NCBI GenBank assembly: GCA_024103495.1
Contig: JAGFIQ010000171.1
Span: 1,439-65,438 of the forward strand
Source: Aridibacter famidurans
Lineage (GTDB): Bacteria; Acidobacteriota; Blastocatellia; Pyrinomonadales; Pyrinomonadaceae
DNA: 64,000 nt
Reading direction: 5' to 3'
Part shown: in pieces, positions 52,587-62,072 of the stretch
How the letters are laid out: every line of letters starts with the position of its first letter
How positions within the stretch are numbered: position 1 is the stretch's first letter
Program-made: the position numbers and the translations under genes
Notes under the pieces: generated by a model
Told to the model about the DNA's origin: nothing
Seen by the model: only the letters and a program-made list of their open reading frames with translations
Databases searched by the model: none

Positions 52587-53696
52587 CTAGTTGTCGTTAT
52601 CGCTGTCGGTCGTTGGATCGTTCCGCTTCTTCAGCTTCGGCGGCCCGGGATCGTTCGCGGGACCTGCGGGGTCGTTTGTCGTCCCGTCAGCTGCCGGCTG
52701 CCGACGCTTGAGCGTGGGCCTTCCTTCCTCGACATCGTCAAGGTCGTCGGGATCAACGACGCCGGCGTTCGAGATCCGGAGCAGATGCTGTTTGACCCTT
52801 TGGAACTCGGACGTGCTGATGATGTATTCCTGCTTTTCCTCGAATCTCGCCACAAGCCCGAGCGTCGCGTCACGCCTGTCGAGCGACTGCGGATGCGAGG
52901 AAAAGAGCTTCGAAAGCGTTCCGGGCTTCTTCTTGTTCTTCGAAGCCAGTTTTTCGAACATTGTCGCCATTCCGGTCGGATCGTAACCCGCAGCGTAGAG
53001 ATACTGAACTCCCAGAGAATCAGCTTCCTTTTCGGCGCCGCGGCTGAACTTGAAGAACGCCAATGCCTGGCCGATCCCTGCCGTGTTCTGAAGGACCGCT
53101 CCCGCGATGCCTCCCGTGAATATGATCCCGGCGAGGATGCCGTAACCGAGAAGCTGGCCTTTCCCGGCATTCTCCATTGCGTGCCTCGCAGCGACGTGAG
53201 CAATCTCGTGGGCCATTACGCCCGCCAGTTCGGCCTCGTTATCGGCCGCGATGATCAGACCCTTGTTGACAAAGAAGAAGCCTCCCGGGAGTGCGAACGC
53301 ATTGACCTCGTCGCTGTCGATTACCTTGATCGTGAAGGGGATCTTGGCATCGGAGTTGAGCACAAGGTTTTGACCAACCCTGTTGATGTATTCCGTGATC
53401 ATCGGATCTTCGACCATCTTGGTCTGAGCCTCGATCTGCGCTGCAAGCTGACGCCCCATCTGGATCTCTTTCTCCCGGGATCCCCCGAGCCAGCCTACGA
53501 ATTTGTCGAATCCACCGTTGATGTTCCGTTTGCCGATCATCGCGGGATCTTCGTCCTTGTCGAGCTGAGAATTGCGTTTCTCGTCCTTGTCATTTTCCTG
53601 GGCACTGACCGCAAGGGGCGCGACCGCCGAAGAACTGAGCCAGAGGGCGAGCATTAAAAAGAAAGAGCCTGCGCGTCTCGCTGGATTGATAGTCAT
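52587..53696 (-). CDS. M48 family zinc metalloprotease, secreted
   Basis: Signal peptide and HEIAHVAARH (HExxH). The C-terminal ~60 aa are low-complexity and Pro/Asp-rich. Confidence 0.85.
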   Translation of the reverse strand: MTINPARRAGSFFLMLALWLSSSAVAPLAVSAQENDKDEKRNSQLDKDEDPAMIGKRNINGGFDKFVGWLGGSREKEIQMGRQLAAQIEAQTKMVEDPMITEYINRVGQNLVLNSDAKIPFTIKVIDSDEVNAFALPGGFFFVNKGLIIAADNEAELAGVMAHEIAHVAARHAMENAGKGQLLGYGILAGIIFTGGIAGAVLQNTAGIGQALAFFKFSRGAEKEADSLGVQYLYAAGYDPTGMATMFEKLASKNKKKPGTLSKLFSSHPQSLDRRDATLGLVARFEEKQEYIISTSEFQRVKQHLLRISNAGVVDPDDLDDVEEGRPTLKRRQPAADGTTNDPAGPANDPGPPKLKKRNDPTTDSDNDN

Positions 53697-53842
53697 GTGT
53701 TTTCCAACTCCCGAAAAGTGAAGCTATGGGGTCCGATCTCAAAATTATATGAGGCAACGAATTTGTGATGCAAGTTTTTTCGCAAAGGTTACTTATTTGG
53801 GCAACCTTGTGCGGAAAGACTGGTAAACAATGCACAAACACT

Positions 53843-53870
53843 TTGTTTTCAAAAGCAAACTTGTTAGAAT
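53843..53870 (+). promoter_or_regulatory. promoter-like sequence upstream of the BrxC-like gene
   Basis: TTGTTT, 16 nt, then TGtTAGAAT (extended -10) in an AT-rich stretch ~115 nt upstream of the ATG. Confidence 0.4.
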
Positions 53871-53984
53871 GAAAGGCGTAGTGATGCCCGGCTCCCCGCC
53901 GGGGGTTCGCCGGATGATATATCCGGCGCCGCTGCCGACCAAACTCTCATTTCCGACCTGCACGAAAGCTTCCCGGCTTTACCG

Positions 53985-56900
53985 ATGAGCAATCCCCAAG
54001 AGAAAGTAAAAGACCTGCTTGAAGTCCGCAGTTTCGACGCGCTGAGAGACTTTCATTCCGTCCCTTCCGCCACGCTGGAAACCTATCGCTTCACGGATAT
54101 AACAGCGGGACTTATGGCGTCGTGGCTCGACTCGGTAAGCCGCGCCGGCGGCACGCTCGGAAACAGGAAGGCGCTGGCCGGATACAGGGGCGTCGGAAAG
54201 AGTCACTTCCTGGCAGTGTTCGGCTCCATTCTGGCTAATCCGGACCTTAGGGGCAAACTGTCGAATTCTCACGTCGCGACTTCAGCGACAGGCCTGCTCC
54301 GGCGAAGATATCCTGTCGCGAATGTCCTAAGAGGAACCCGGGACAGTCTTTTCGAGGAACTGAGGGCCGCGGTCGCTGTGGCGCTCGGGCTCCCGCCCGG
54401 ACAGGCTCCGAAGGATCTTGGGTCCCTGATGGAACTGGCCGCGAAGGAGGCCGGGGACATGACGTTCGTGATCCTCATCGACACCGCATACGACCGGAAA
54501 GCGCGTGTGAAGAGGGATGACGGCGCCTTTCTGGGAGAACTGGCTGCCGCTGCGTCGCTCCACAACTTCTTTATCGGAGTCGCGCTCGACGATGACATCA
54601 CGGACGCTGACGGCACGAACGCGGCCATTGTTCAGCAATACACGATCGATTATCTGGACCAGGAACACCTGTACCGGATCGTCGATGCGCACATATTTCC
54701 AAAGATCCGCGCCAAGCATCAGGTCATCGACCAGGCATACGATTACTTCAGGAACGTCCTGCCCGATTTTCGCTGGAGCCAGCAGCGGTTCAGTTCCCTG
54801 TACCCGCTTCATCCGCTGATCCTCGAGATCGCTCCCGTCGTCCGCCTCTACGCTCCCGATTTTGCCCTGCTGAGCTTCGCCTCGGATGCCGGAAAGCGGA
54901 TCCTTGGACGGCCGTCCCGTTCGCTGATCGGCCTCGACGAGGTCTTCGACTGCGTGGAATCAACCCTTCGGAGCGACGAGAATCTGAAGGACGCGTTCGC
55001 GGTCTACGACAAGATCTCCTCCGAGATCACCTCGCTTGTACCGGTCATCCAGCGTCTGCAGGCGAAGCTGATACTCAAGGCGCTTTTCATTCTGTCGCTC
55101 GAGGGCGACGGCGTGACAGCGGGCGAGATCGGCGCGGCGATACTCATCTACGACGAGAACGATCCGGACGCGTGCGTTTCGAAAGTATCCGAGCTGTTAG
55201 AGACATTCGTCACCGTGTTCCCGGAAGACTTCTGGCGCGTGGAAGGGCACGCGGGCGAGGTCCGTTACAGCCTGAAGGTAAGCGGCAAGGACAATCTCAA
55301 CCACGCGCTCGCGTCGGCGGTTAAGGAGGTCGGCGGTGACGCCGTCCCGAAGATCCTCAAACGAGCCGGAAAGGAGAGATTCACGGATTGGATGCTTTCG
55401 CCGGAAAAAGAAGCCGGTTCGGCAGACTGGACCGACGTTCAGACCATCTGGCGGGGCAGTATCCGCAAGATCCGTCTCTTCTGGAACTGGGCAAACGAGG
55501 AGTTCGGCGCTTTGAGGATGCTTGCGGACGATTCCGCGGTCGACCTGTTCGTCGTGATCTGCGGGCCCGGAGATATACCTTCAACCGATGCTTCATCGGG
55601 TGTGCCGGTCGTTACCTGGCAGCCGGCGGCTCTGACATCCGCCGAGGTCGCAACGGTCCAGCGGTATCACGTCCTTCTGCACGACAACTCTCTAAGGATC
55701 GAATTTGAGGAGCAGATCGGTGCGGCCGGGCATACGCACACGATCGCGGTCGAGAAGATCTGGAAGCGCGCTTTCCTTTCCGAACCGAAACTGTCGGTCG
55801 GCGAACTTGAACTTCCCATAAGCGAAGGTATTGAGGCCCACTCGACCCTCGGGGAACTACTTTCGGAACTGCTCTCCCCGGTCTTCGACGAGGCGTTCCC
55901 ACAGCACCCTGTGTTTGCCGAACCGCTCGGCATTCGAGAAGTATCGACCATCGTTTCCGATCTCTTCAGCGGCGCAAGGGTGGGTCACCACTCGGTCCAG
56001 CATCTCGCCGAAACGTTCGCGCTTCCTCTGGGACTTGTCTCTCAGCGCGGCGACAATCTGGTGCTCGAAAAAGAAGAGAAGCTCTTCGGCCTCCACCTCG
56101 TCGAAAAGGTCCTCACGCTCGTGGGACAGGCGGACGACGAAACGATTCCGCTCGACGCCGTTTACAGAAAGCTCCGCGAGAAGCCCTACGGTCTGGCCCG
56201 CGAATCCCAGCAATTGATCCTCTCCGCTCTTGTCGCGCTCGGCAAGATCGAATTCGTCACGAGCAAAGGCGACCGTATCAACAGGCGTTCGCTGGACCTC
56301 CGGATCATATGGGACGACATCAGCGGGATCTCGAAACCCCAGAACGTCCTCTACGGTTCGCGCAGGCTTACGGAGTGGGCAAAGCTTCTTACGGAATCCC
56401 GGGACATTCAGTCGATCGACATCGCCGAAGACCGCAAGCGCATCAAGGCATCTCTGAAGAAGTGGCTCAAAGACTGGGAAAACGCACGCCTTCTGGAGAG
56501 CTTTGACGAGATCCCGTCCGATGAGCTCAACACCAGGATCTGGAATGTCTCGATAAATGCGGAGAAGACCTTCGGCGTCGTGCGAAGGTCGCTCGCGGCT
56601 TTCTTCGACGACAGCATTTCGCTCGAGGAGACGCTCCAGAGGATCGCCGATGCTTTTTCCGATTCCGAAGTGGAATTTGAGGCGCGCAAGCGCGATCTGC
56701 TTGCAGTTGCCGGGTATCTTGAATGGGCAGACCTCCGACGAGAGGTGGTCAGGTACCTCGCGTTGTGCGAGTACACCGACGACGAATCGATCGAAGCAAA
56801 ACGAGAGAAACTGTTCGAACTGATCTCTCCGGCGGGAGCCAAGCCCGACGCCGCGGTTAATAACGAACTCGCGGGAGTGTTCGACGACTTCCGTCGCGAA

Positions 56901-57536
56901 TACTCCGCTGTTTTCTCGGAAGCGCACAACAGCGTGATAAATGCCCACGACATCCAGGAGAAACTCGACGAAATTCTTGCGAGCGACGAGTGGTGGGAAT
57001 TCGAGAATCTCGCTTCGCTTCCGATCTTTCGCCAGGACCACTTCGACCGCGCATCGGCGATCATCTCCCGGATCCGTGGCCTGAAATGCGGCACGGCGAT
57101 CAAAGATCGTATCTTCGAGCGCCCATACTGCGAGTGCTCGTTCCGTCTGCACACTAAGGACGAATGGCAGATGATGCCGAAAGAACTCATTGCCCTTGTG
57201 CTGCAAGGATCCGACAGCTTCAAGCGAACGCTGAACACGGCTTCGGAGGTGATCGGCTCGCTCCTGGATACGATCGCGTCCGATACCGCCGACGATGAGA
57301 TAAGAAAGGCCGCGGGAAGCGCGCGAAAGAAGATCTCCTCACGCGGCGACGCGGTGATGTTCGATACGGTCGAACTGCAGTTGATCAAGAAGGCGTGCGA
57401 GCAGATACGGACCTCGACCGTTGTCAGCACCGCCTTGCCGCAGATCAGCGATTTTGTGACTGCTGAAGAGCTCGGCGCACGGCTCGAAGGATGGACCTCA
57501 GAGCTTCCCGGAGAACCGCTCTTCCTTAATCTCTGA
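53985..57536 (+). CDS. large (1183 aa) P-loop NTPase resembling BREX BrxC/PglY (DUF499-type) proteins; no other BREX genes nearby
   Basis: Walker A AGYRGVGKSHFLAVFG (compare BrxC GFFGSGKSHFLK, from memory), Walker B-like MTFVILIDTA, and a downstream LYPLHPLILE motif like the YPFHP motif of DUF499/BrxC. The remainder is long and helical. The gene has its own promoter-like region. Confidence 0.55.
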   Translation: MSNPQEKVKDLLEVRSFDALRDFHSVPSATLETYRFTDITAGLMASWLDSVSRAGGTLGNRKALAGYRGVGKSHFLAVFGSILANPDLRGKLSNSHVATSATGLLRRRYPVANVLRGTRDSLFEELRAAVAVALGLPPGQAPKDLGSLMELAAKEAGDMTFVILIDTAYDRKARVKRDDGAFLGELAAAASLHNFFIGVALDDDITDADGTNAAIVQQYTIDYLDQEHLYRIVDAHIFPKIRAKHQVIDQAYDYFRNVLPDFRWSQQRFSSLYPLHPLILEIAPVVRLYAPDFALLSFASDAGKRILGRPSRSLIGLDEVFDCVESTLRSDENLKDAFAVYDKISSEITSLVPVIQRLQAKLILKALFILSLEGDGVTAGEIGAAILIYDENDPDACVSKVSELLETFVTVFPEDFWRVEGHAGEVRYSLKVSGKDNLNHALASAVKEVGGDAVPKILKRAGKERFTDWMLSPEKEAGSADWTDVQTIWRGSIRKIRLFWNWANEEFGALRMLADDSAVDLFVVICGPGDIPSTDASSGVPVVTWQPAALTSAEVATVQRYHVLLHDNSLRIEFEEQIGAAGHTHTIAVEKIWKRAFLSEPKLSVGELELPISEGIEAHSTLGELLSELLSPVFDEAFPQHPVFAEPLGIREVSTIVSDLFSGARVGHHSVQHLAETFALPLGLVSQRGDNLVLEKEEKLFGLHLVEKVLTLVGQADDETIPLDAVYRKLREKPYGLARESQQLILSALVALGKIEFVTSKGDRINRRSLDLRIIWDDISGISKPQNVLYGSRRLTEWAKLLTESRDIQSIDIAEDRKRIKASLKKWLKDWENARLLESFDEIPSDELNTRIWNVSINAEKTFGVVRRSLAAFFDDSISLEETLQRIADAFSDSEVEFEARKRDLLAVAGYLEWADLRREVVRYLALCEYTDDESIEAKREKLFELISPAGAKPDAAVNNELAGVFDDFRREYSAVFSEAHNSVINAHDIQEKLDEILASDEWWEFENLASLPIFRQDHFDRASAIISRIRGLKCGTAIKDRIFERPYCECSFRLHTKDEWQMMPKELIALVLQGSDSFKRTLNTASEVIGSLLDTIASDTADDEIRKAAGSARKKISSRGDAVMFDTVELQLIKKACEQIRTSTVVSTALPQISDFVTAEELGARLEGWTSELPGEPLFLNL

Positions 57537-57575
57537 TCTATAACACCGGCTGATCGCTTTTAAGCGCAACGCGCT

Positions 57576-58484
57576 TTGGATTACACTTCCCGGATGCGGA
57601 AGATCTGCGTCATTGGGCCGGGACGCGCAGGAGGCGCGCTGGCGGTCGCCCTGTCGAAAGGCGGCGAGCACGTCTCGCATCTTGTGGCGAGGACCCGCGC
57701 AAAGGCCTCGGCGGTAGCCGGAGCGATCGATCTTGCGCCCGAGGTCCTTTCTCCCGATGACATCGCATCCGTGGAAGCCGATATTTTTCTGATCACCGTC
57801 AACGACGAGCGGATCGAAGACGTCGCAGGTTCGATCAGCAGAGCGGCTGATGTAAAAGGCAAGATCGCGCTTCACGTCAGCGGTTCCAGAAGTTCTTCGG
57901 TGCTTTCCGCTCTCTCGGAGGCCGGCGCGAGCGTGGGCAGCATGCATCCGCTCGTTTCGATCAGCGATCCGCTGATCGGAAGCTCGCGCTTTCGGGGTGT
58001 ATATTTCTGCGTTGAAGGCGACCCCGAAGCTGTTTTTACGGCCAGGGAACTTGCCGGATCGCTCGGCGGAGTACCCTTCGAGATCCCCACTGCCGGCAAG
58101 CCTCTCTATCACGCCTCGGCAGTGGTCGCCAGCGGCCACCTTGTCGCTCTTATCGACGCCGCTCTCGATGCACTCGCGAAATGCGGGCTTTCCGGCGCGG
58201 AAGGAAGGCGCGTGCTTATGCCTCTGATCTCAAGCACGGTCGAGAATCTGAAGACACAGGAACCGGCCGAGGCCCTGACGGGCACCTTCGCAAGGGCCGA
58301 TGTCGAAACCTTCGAAGCGCATCTCGCCGCCGTTGAAGGAGCCGGACTCGATGGGTTCCTGACCGTCTATCTTCTGCTTGGCCTGCGCTCTCTCACGCTT
58401 GCCGAAGAGCACGGGGCGGATCCGGGCGACGTTGCTGAAATGCGCCGGCAGATCAAGTCTCTCCTCGGGAAAGAGACCCGCTAG
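57576..58484 (+). CDS. Rossmann-fold NADP oxidoreductase-like protein with DUF2520 C-terminal domain
   Basis: KICVIGPGRAGGALAVAL dinucleotide fold and a C-terminal helical domain as in DUF2520 proteins. The likely start is MRKICV at 57594. Confidence 0.7.
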   Translation: MDYTSRMRKICVIGPGRAGGALAVALSKGGEHVSHLVARTRAKASAVAGAIDLAPEVLSPDDIASVEADIFLITVNDERIEDVAGSISRAADVKGKIALHVSGSRSSSVLSALSEAGASVGSMHPLVSISDPLIGSSRFRGVYFCVEGDPEAVFTARELAGSLGGVPFEIPTAGKPLYHASAVVASGHLVALIDAALDALAKCGLSGAEGRRVLMPLISSTVENLKTQEPAEALTGTFARADVETFEAHLAAVEGAGLDGFLTVYLLLGLRSLTLAEEHGADPGDVAEMRRQIKSLLGKETR

Positions 58485-58599
58485 GCACCGAAGCCTGCAA
58501 AAGCAAATCCTTTTGTTTTAGATTTTTCAGGTGATAAGATAGCCGTTACGCGTAACTTGGCAGTCCCCCCGCTCTGATCCTGGACCGCGAAGAACAGAT

Positions 58600-59118
58600 A
58601 TGGCCGGCAAAGAACCAAAATTCGCCGATGAAAAGGAAGTTTTCGAGGAGCACATACGCCAGCAGGGCCTGAGGAAGACGACCCAGCGCGAGCTGATACT
58701 TGAAGTGTTTCTCGAGACCGAGGATCACTTGTCGTCGGAAGATCTCTATTGGCTGGTACAGAAGCGGGATTCGAACATCGGCCAGACCACTGTTTACCGT
58801 ACTCTCAAACTCCTGACCGATGCAGGCCTTGCGCGCGAGGTGCGCCTGGGAGACGGAAGGACATATTACGAACATCATTTCGAACACGAACACCACGATC
58901 ATATGATCTGCACCGAATGCGGGCTGGTGATCGAGTTCTTCTCGCCCGAGCTTGAGGCCAAGCAGGACGAAATGGCGGACAAATACAATTTCAAACCTAC
59001 GCACCACTCGCTCCGCATTCTTGGCATCTGCGAAGAGTGCCAGAGAAAAGAGAAGGAGATCTCGAGCGCCGCTTCCGGAGCGCAGCCGAGAGTGAGGGTC
59101 AAGACGACGATCAATTGA
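58600..59118 (+). CDS. fur: Fur family transcriptional regulator
   Basis: [33 protein letters not shown] and C..C (ICEEC) metal sites. Confidence 0.88.
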   Translation: MAGKEPKFADEKEVFEEHIRQQGLRKTTQRELILEVFLETEDHLSSEDLYWLVQKRDSNIGQTTVYRTLKLLTDAGLAREVRLGDGRTYYEHHFEHEHHDHMICTECGLVIEFFSPELEAKQDEMADKYNFKPTHHSLRILGICEECQRKEKEISSAASGAQPRVRVKTTIN

Positions 59119-59129
59119 GCGTGCGGAAT

Positions 59130-59789
59130 ATGAAGGAAGTACTTATCACGTTCGAAGAACAAGGGCTCGAGGGCATCGTCGCGGTCGACACGTATCTGCT
59201 GGACGCGGCCAAGCGGCTCGGGGTCGATCTGGACGACAGGTGCCGCAGAGGCGAGGAAGAGCACCGTTGCTCGCTGATCGTCGGCGACGGAGGCGGCCTT
59301 TTGTCGGAGGCCACGAAGATAGAGATCGATCTCATAAGCGAGGCCGAGCGGAAGAAGGGCAAACGGCTGGCCTGCCAGGCAAAAGTGTTTAAGCCCGGAG
59401 AGGTGAAGATAATGTCAGTTGAAAAGACCGAAGAGGCTAGAAAGGCTGAGGAAGAGCCCAAAACCGAGGAAGAGTTCAAGAAGGAATTCGAAGAACTGCC
59501 GCTGGAGCAGAAATACGCGAAGCTTCTCGAGCTTGAGGCCATCGCGCTCGGCGAGACGTTCTCATTCGTGATCAATTCTCCGTACGAGGCGGCGGGTAAA
59601 GTGATGGATGCTCTCGCGAATTTCGGTTGGAAGAAAGACCGTGAGGATCACGAGGCGAAGAAACCGGAAGAGCATTCGGAGAAGAAAGAGAAAGAAGCAG
59701 CGGACGGGACCGCCGGTAAGCACCAGCCCAAGGCTGAGAAAAATTCCTCGACGAATAAGGACGCCGGAGAGGGCAAGGCCGAAGATTAG
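59130..59789 (+). CDS. hypothetical protein: degenerate 2Fe-2S-ferredoxin-like beta-grasp N-domain plus K/E-rich tail
   Basis: I chose the start at MKEVLITFEE (59130), 12 nt after the fur stop. Only three Cys are present (C-x8-C ... C), so it is probably not a canonical ferredoxin. Confidence 0.5.
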   Translation: MKEVLITFEEQGLEGIVAVDTYLLDAAKRLGVDLDDRCRRGEEEHRCSLIVGDGGGLLSEATKIEIDLISEAERKKGKRLACQAKVFKPGEVKIMSVEKTEEARKAEEEPKTEEEFKKEFEELPLEQKYAKLLELEAIALGETFSFVINSPYEAAGKVMDALANFGWKKDREDHEAKKPEEHSEKKEKEAADGTAGKHQPKAEKNSSTNKDAGEGKAED

Positions 59790-59818
59790 ATCGGCTTTTT
59801 GATATCCGAGTCTTAGAC

Positions 59819-60667
59819 TTGACCGACAAACTCCAAAAGAAAGACACATTTGCGCTGAAGGAGAAGACGCAGTACGCGCTGACCTTCGGCGTGATCGCGA
59901 CCATGCTCGTCGTGGCGGGATTTCCCATGGTCGTGATCTTCTTCTTCGGCGTCTTTGCTTATTTCCTCTGGAAAACGTTCTCTCAGCCGTCGCAGAAAGG
60001 CATCCGGGAGGTCTTCGATTTTTATCTCGTCGCAAACGAGATCCTGCGCGACGACGATCGCAGATGGTTCGGGTTCGAGGTCCAGAACGCGATCAGCCAG
60101 GGGGAACACATACTTCAGAAGATGCACGGGGCTCCCCCGCTGGTCTATTTCGCGCTCGGGGCTCTCTACGCAAAGATCGGGGACCACGGGTCCGCCGTCA
60201 GCCACCTGGCCTACGTCGTCGAGAACGACAACGCTGACGAATCTACCTACCTTCATCCTTCCAAAGACTTGCGTGACTACGTTCGCCTTCTTCGCAAGAT
60301 CGAGCGCGATCCCAAGGAAGCGCCGCAGAACGCCTCGGCAATCAGGAACCTTGAGCGGCTCCGCAGGAACAAAGGTACGATCCTGCTTGAGGAAAGCCGG
60401 AGCAAGGCCCCCGCCGAAGGCAAGGCGCCGAAACCGCTCGATGCCAAGAACTTGCACACCTCGGGGGAAGCCGAACCGGAAGAGAGCGTGCTGAGGACCG
60501 TGACCGAATCCGGAATGAGAGATGGAAGCGAAGAATCGAAGCGTTCCACGGAAAGAACGTCTCGCACAAGCCGTTTCCGTCGAAAGCGCTCCGACGAGGA
60601 AGAATTCGCCGACCGCAAACCGATCACTGAAGTCCTCCACGACATTTACGACAAGAACGTCCAGTGA
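59819..60667 (+). CDS. hypothetical membrane protein with charged C-terminal tail
   Basis: 282-aa ORF with two adjacent TM helices (YALTFGVIATMLVVAGFPMVVIFFFGVFAYFLW). I preferred the plus strand over the antisense 59813..60640 ORF on codon usage and sequence complexity. Confidence 0.55.
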   Translation: MTDKLQKKDTFALKEKTQYALTFGVIATMLVVAGFPMVVIFFFGVFAYFLWKTFSQPSQKGIREVFDFYLVANEILRDDDRRWFGFEVQNAISQGEHILQKMHGAPPLVYFALGALYAKIGDHGSAVSHLAYVVENDNADESTYLHPSKDLRDYVRLLRKIERDPKEAPQNASAIRNLERLRRNKGTILLEESRSKAPAEGKAPKPLDAKNLHTSGEAEPEESVLRTVTESGMRDGSEESKRSTERTSRTSRFRRKRSDEEEFADRKPITEVLHDIYDKNVQ

Positions 60668-60741
60668 GGTCGTAACCCCCTGACCTCAAACCGTTTCCGC
60701 CTCCGCTGTTACCTTGCGGCACTCACAGTTATAATCCTGCC

Positions 60742-61992
60742 ATGCAGACCGCTGAGATAGTGGCGATAGGTTCCGAACTGCTCACGCCCACAAAGACCGA
60801 CACAAACAGCCTTTGGCTGACCGAGCTCCTGAACGAGATCGGCATCGAGGTCAAGCTGAAGACCATAGTCGGCGACGACGAAATGAGGCTGGAAGAGACC
60901 CTCCGCGACGCGCTGGCGCGGTCCGATATCGTCATCACCACCGGGGGGCTAGGGCCTACCGAGGACGATATAACCCGCCGGGTCACTGCGAAGGCGATAG
61001 GGCTTGACCTTGTCTTCAGAGACGATCTTCTTGAGCAGCTAAGGGAGCGGTTCAAGGCTTTCGGATATGAAATGCCTGAGAGGAACCGCCAGCAGGCATA
61101 CGTGATCGAGGGCAGCGACGTGCTTCCGAACCCAAACGGCAGCGCCGTCGGGATGATGGTGGAGAAAGAGGGCAGGAAACTGATCGTCCTTCCCGGGCCG
61201 CCGAAGGAATCGAGGCCGATGTTCACCGATCACGTGCTTCCGGGTCTTAAGATCACTTCAGGCGAGGTCGCCGTAAGGCGCAAGCAGATCATGGTTTCGG
61301 GTCTTGGCGAATCGAAGCTCGACGAGTTGATCGCGCCGATCTACAAGGAATACGAAAATCCGGTGACGGCCGTCCTCTTCAGCCGGACAGAGGTCGAGGT
61401 CCAGCTGACCGCAACCGCTCGCACCGCCGAAGAAGCCGACGCGATCAACGACGAACTCGCCGGAAGGATCGCGGAAAAGCTGGGGATCGCAGTGTTTTCG
61501 CTGGACGGGGAAGCGATGGAAGAGGTCGTGGGGCGGCTTCTCTTGCAAAAAGGCGCAACGCTTTCGGTCGCGGAAAGCTGTACCGGCGGACTTATCGGCG
61601 AGCGGATCACTGAGGTGCCCGGGTCCTCGGAGTATTTTCTCGAGGGATTCATCACTTACTCGAACGAGGCGAAGACCCGGCAGATAGGCGTGCCCGCGGA
61701 GCTGATCAAGGAGCACGGAGCCGTTTCGAAGGAAGTCGCCGAAGCGATGGCGCGAGGCGCCCGCGAGACGGCCGGTACCGATTACGCGGTCTCGACGACT
61801 GGGATCGCCGGACCCGGAGGCGGCACACCGGACAAGCCGGTCGGGACCGTATTCGTGGCGATTTCCGACGAACAAGGTGAAAGGGCAATGAGGTTCAATC
61901 TTCCGGGCGACCGCCATCTTGTCCGCTGGCGAACAAGCCAGGCCGCCCTGGACCTTCTTCGAAGGCGCATACTCCAGGACGGACCGGAATGA
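60742..61992 (+). CDS. cinA: competence/damage-inducible protein CinA (MoCF-like domain + NMN amidohydrolase PncC domain)
   Basis: AEIVAIGSELL.....DTNS.WL...L...G in the N-domain and SVAESCTGG...TTGIAGP in the C-domain. Confidence 0.9.
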   Translation: MQTAEIVAIGSELLTPTKTDTNSLWLTELLNEIGIEVKLKTIVGDDEMRLEETLRDALARSDIVITTGGLGPTEDDITRRVTAKAIGLDLVFRDDLLEQLRERFKAFGYEMPERNRQQAYVIEGSDVLPNPNGSAVGMMVEKEGRKLIVLPGPPKESRPMFTDHVLPGLKITSGEVAVRRKQIMVSGLGESKLDELIAPIYKEYENPVTAVLFSRTEVEVQLTATARTAEEADAINDELAGRIAEKLGIAVFSLDGEAMEEVVGRLLLQKGATLSVAESCTGGLIGERITEVPGSSEYFLEGFITYSNEAKTRQIGVPAELIKEHGAVSKEVAEAMARGARETAGTDYAVSTTGIAGPGGGTPDKPVGTVFVAISDEQGERAMRFNLPGDRHLVRWRTSQAALDLLRRRILQDGPE

Positions 61993-62072
61993 ACCCGCCC
62001 GCCGCCGCGCAAGAGAAAATGACGATGCCGTTCACCGGGCGACCTGCAGACCAGAACCCAGGAGACAAAACG

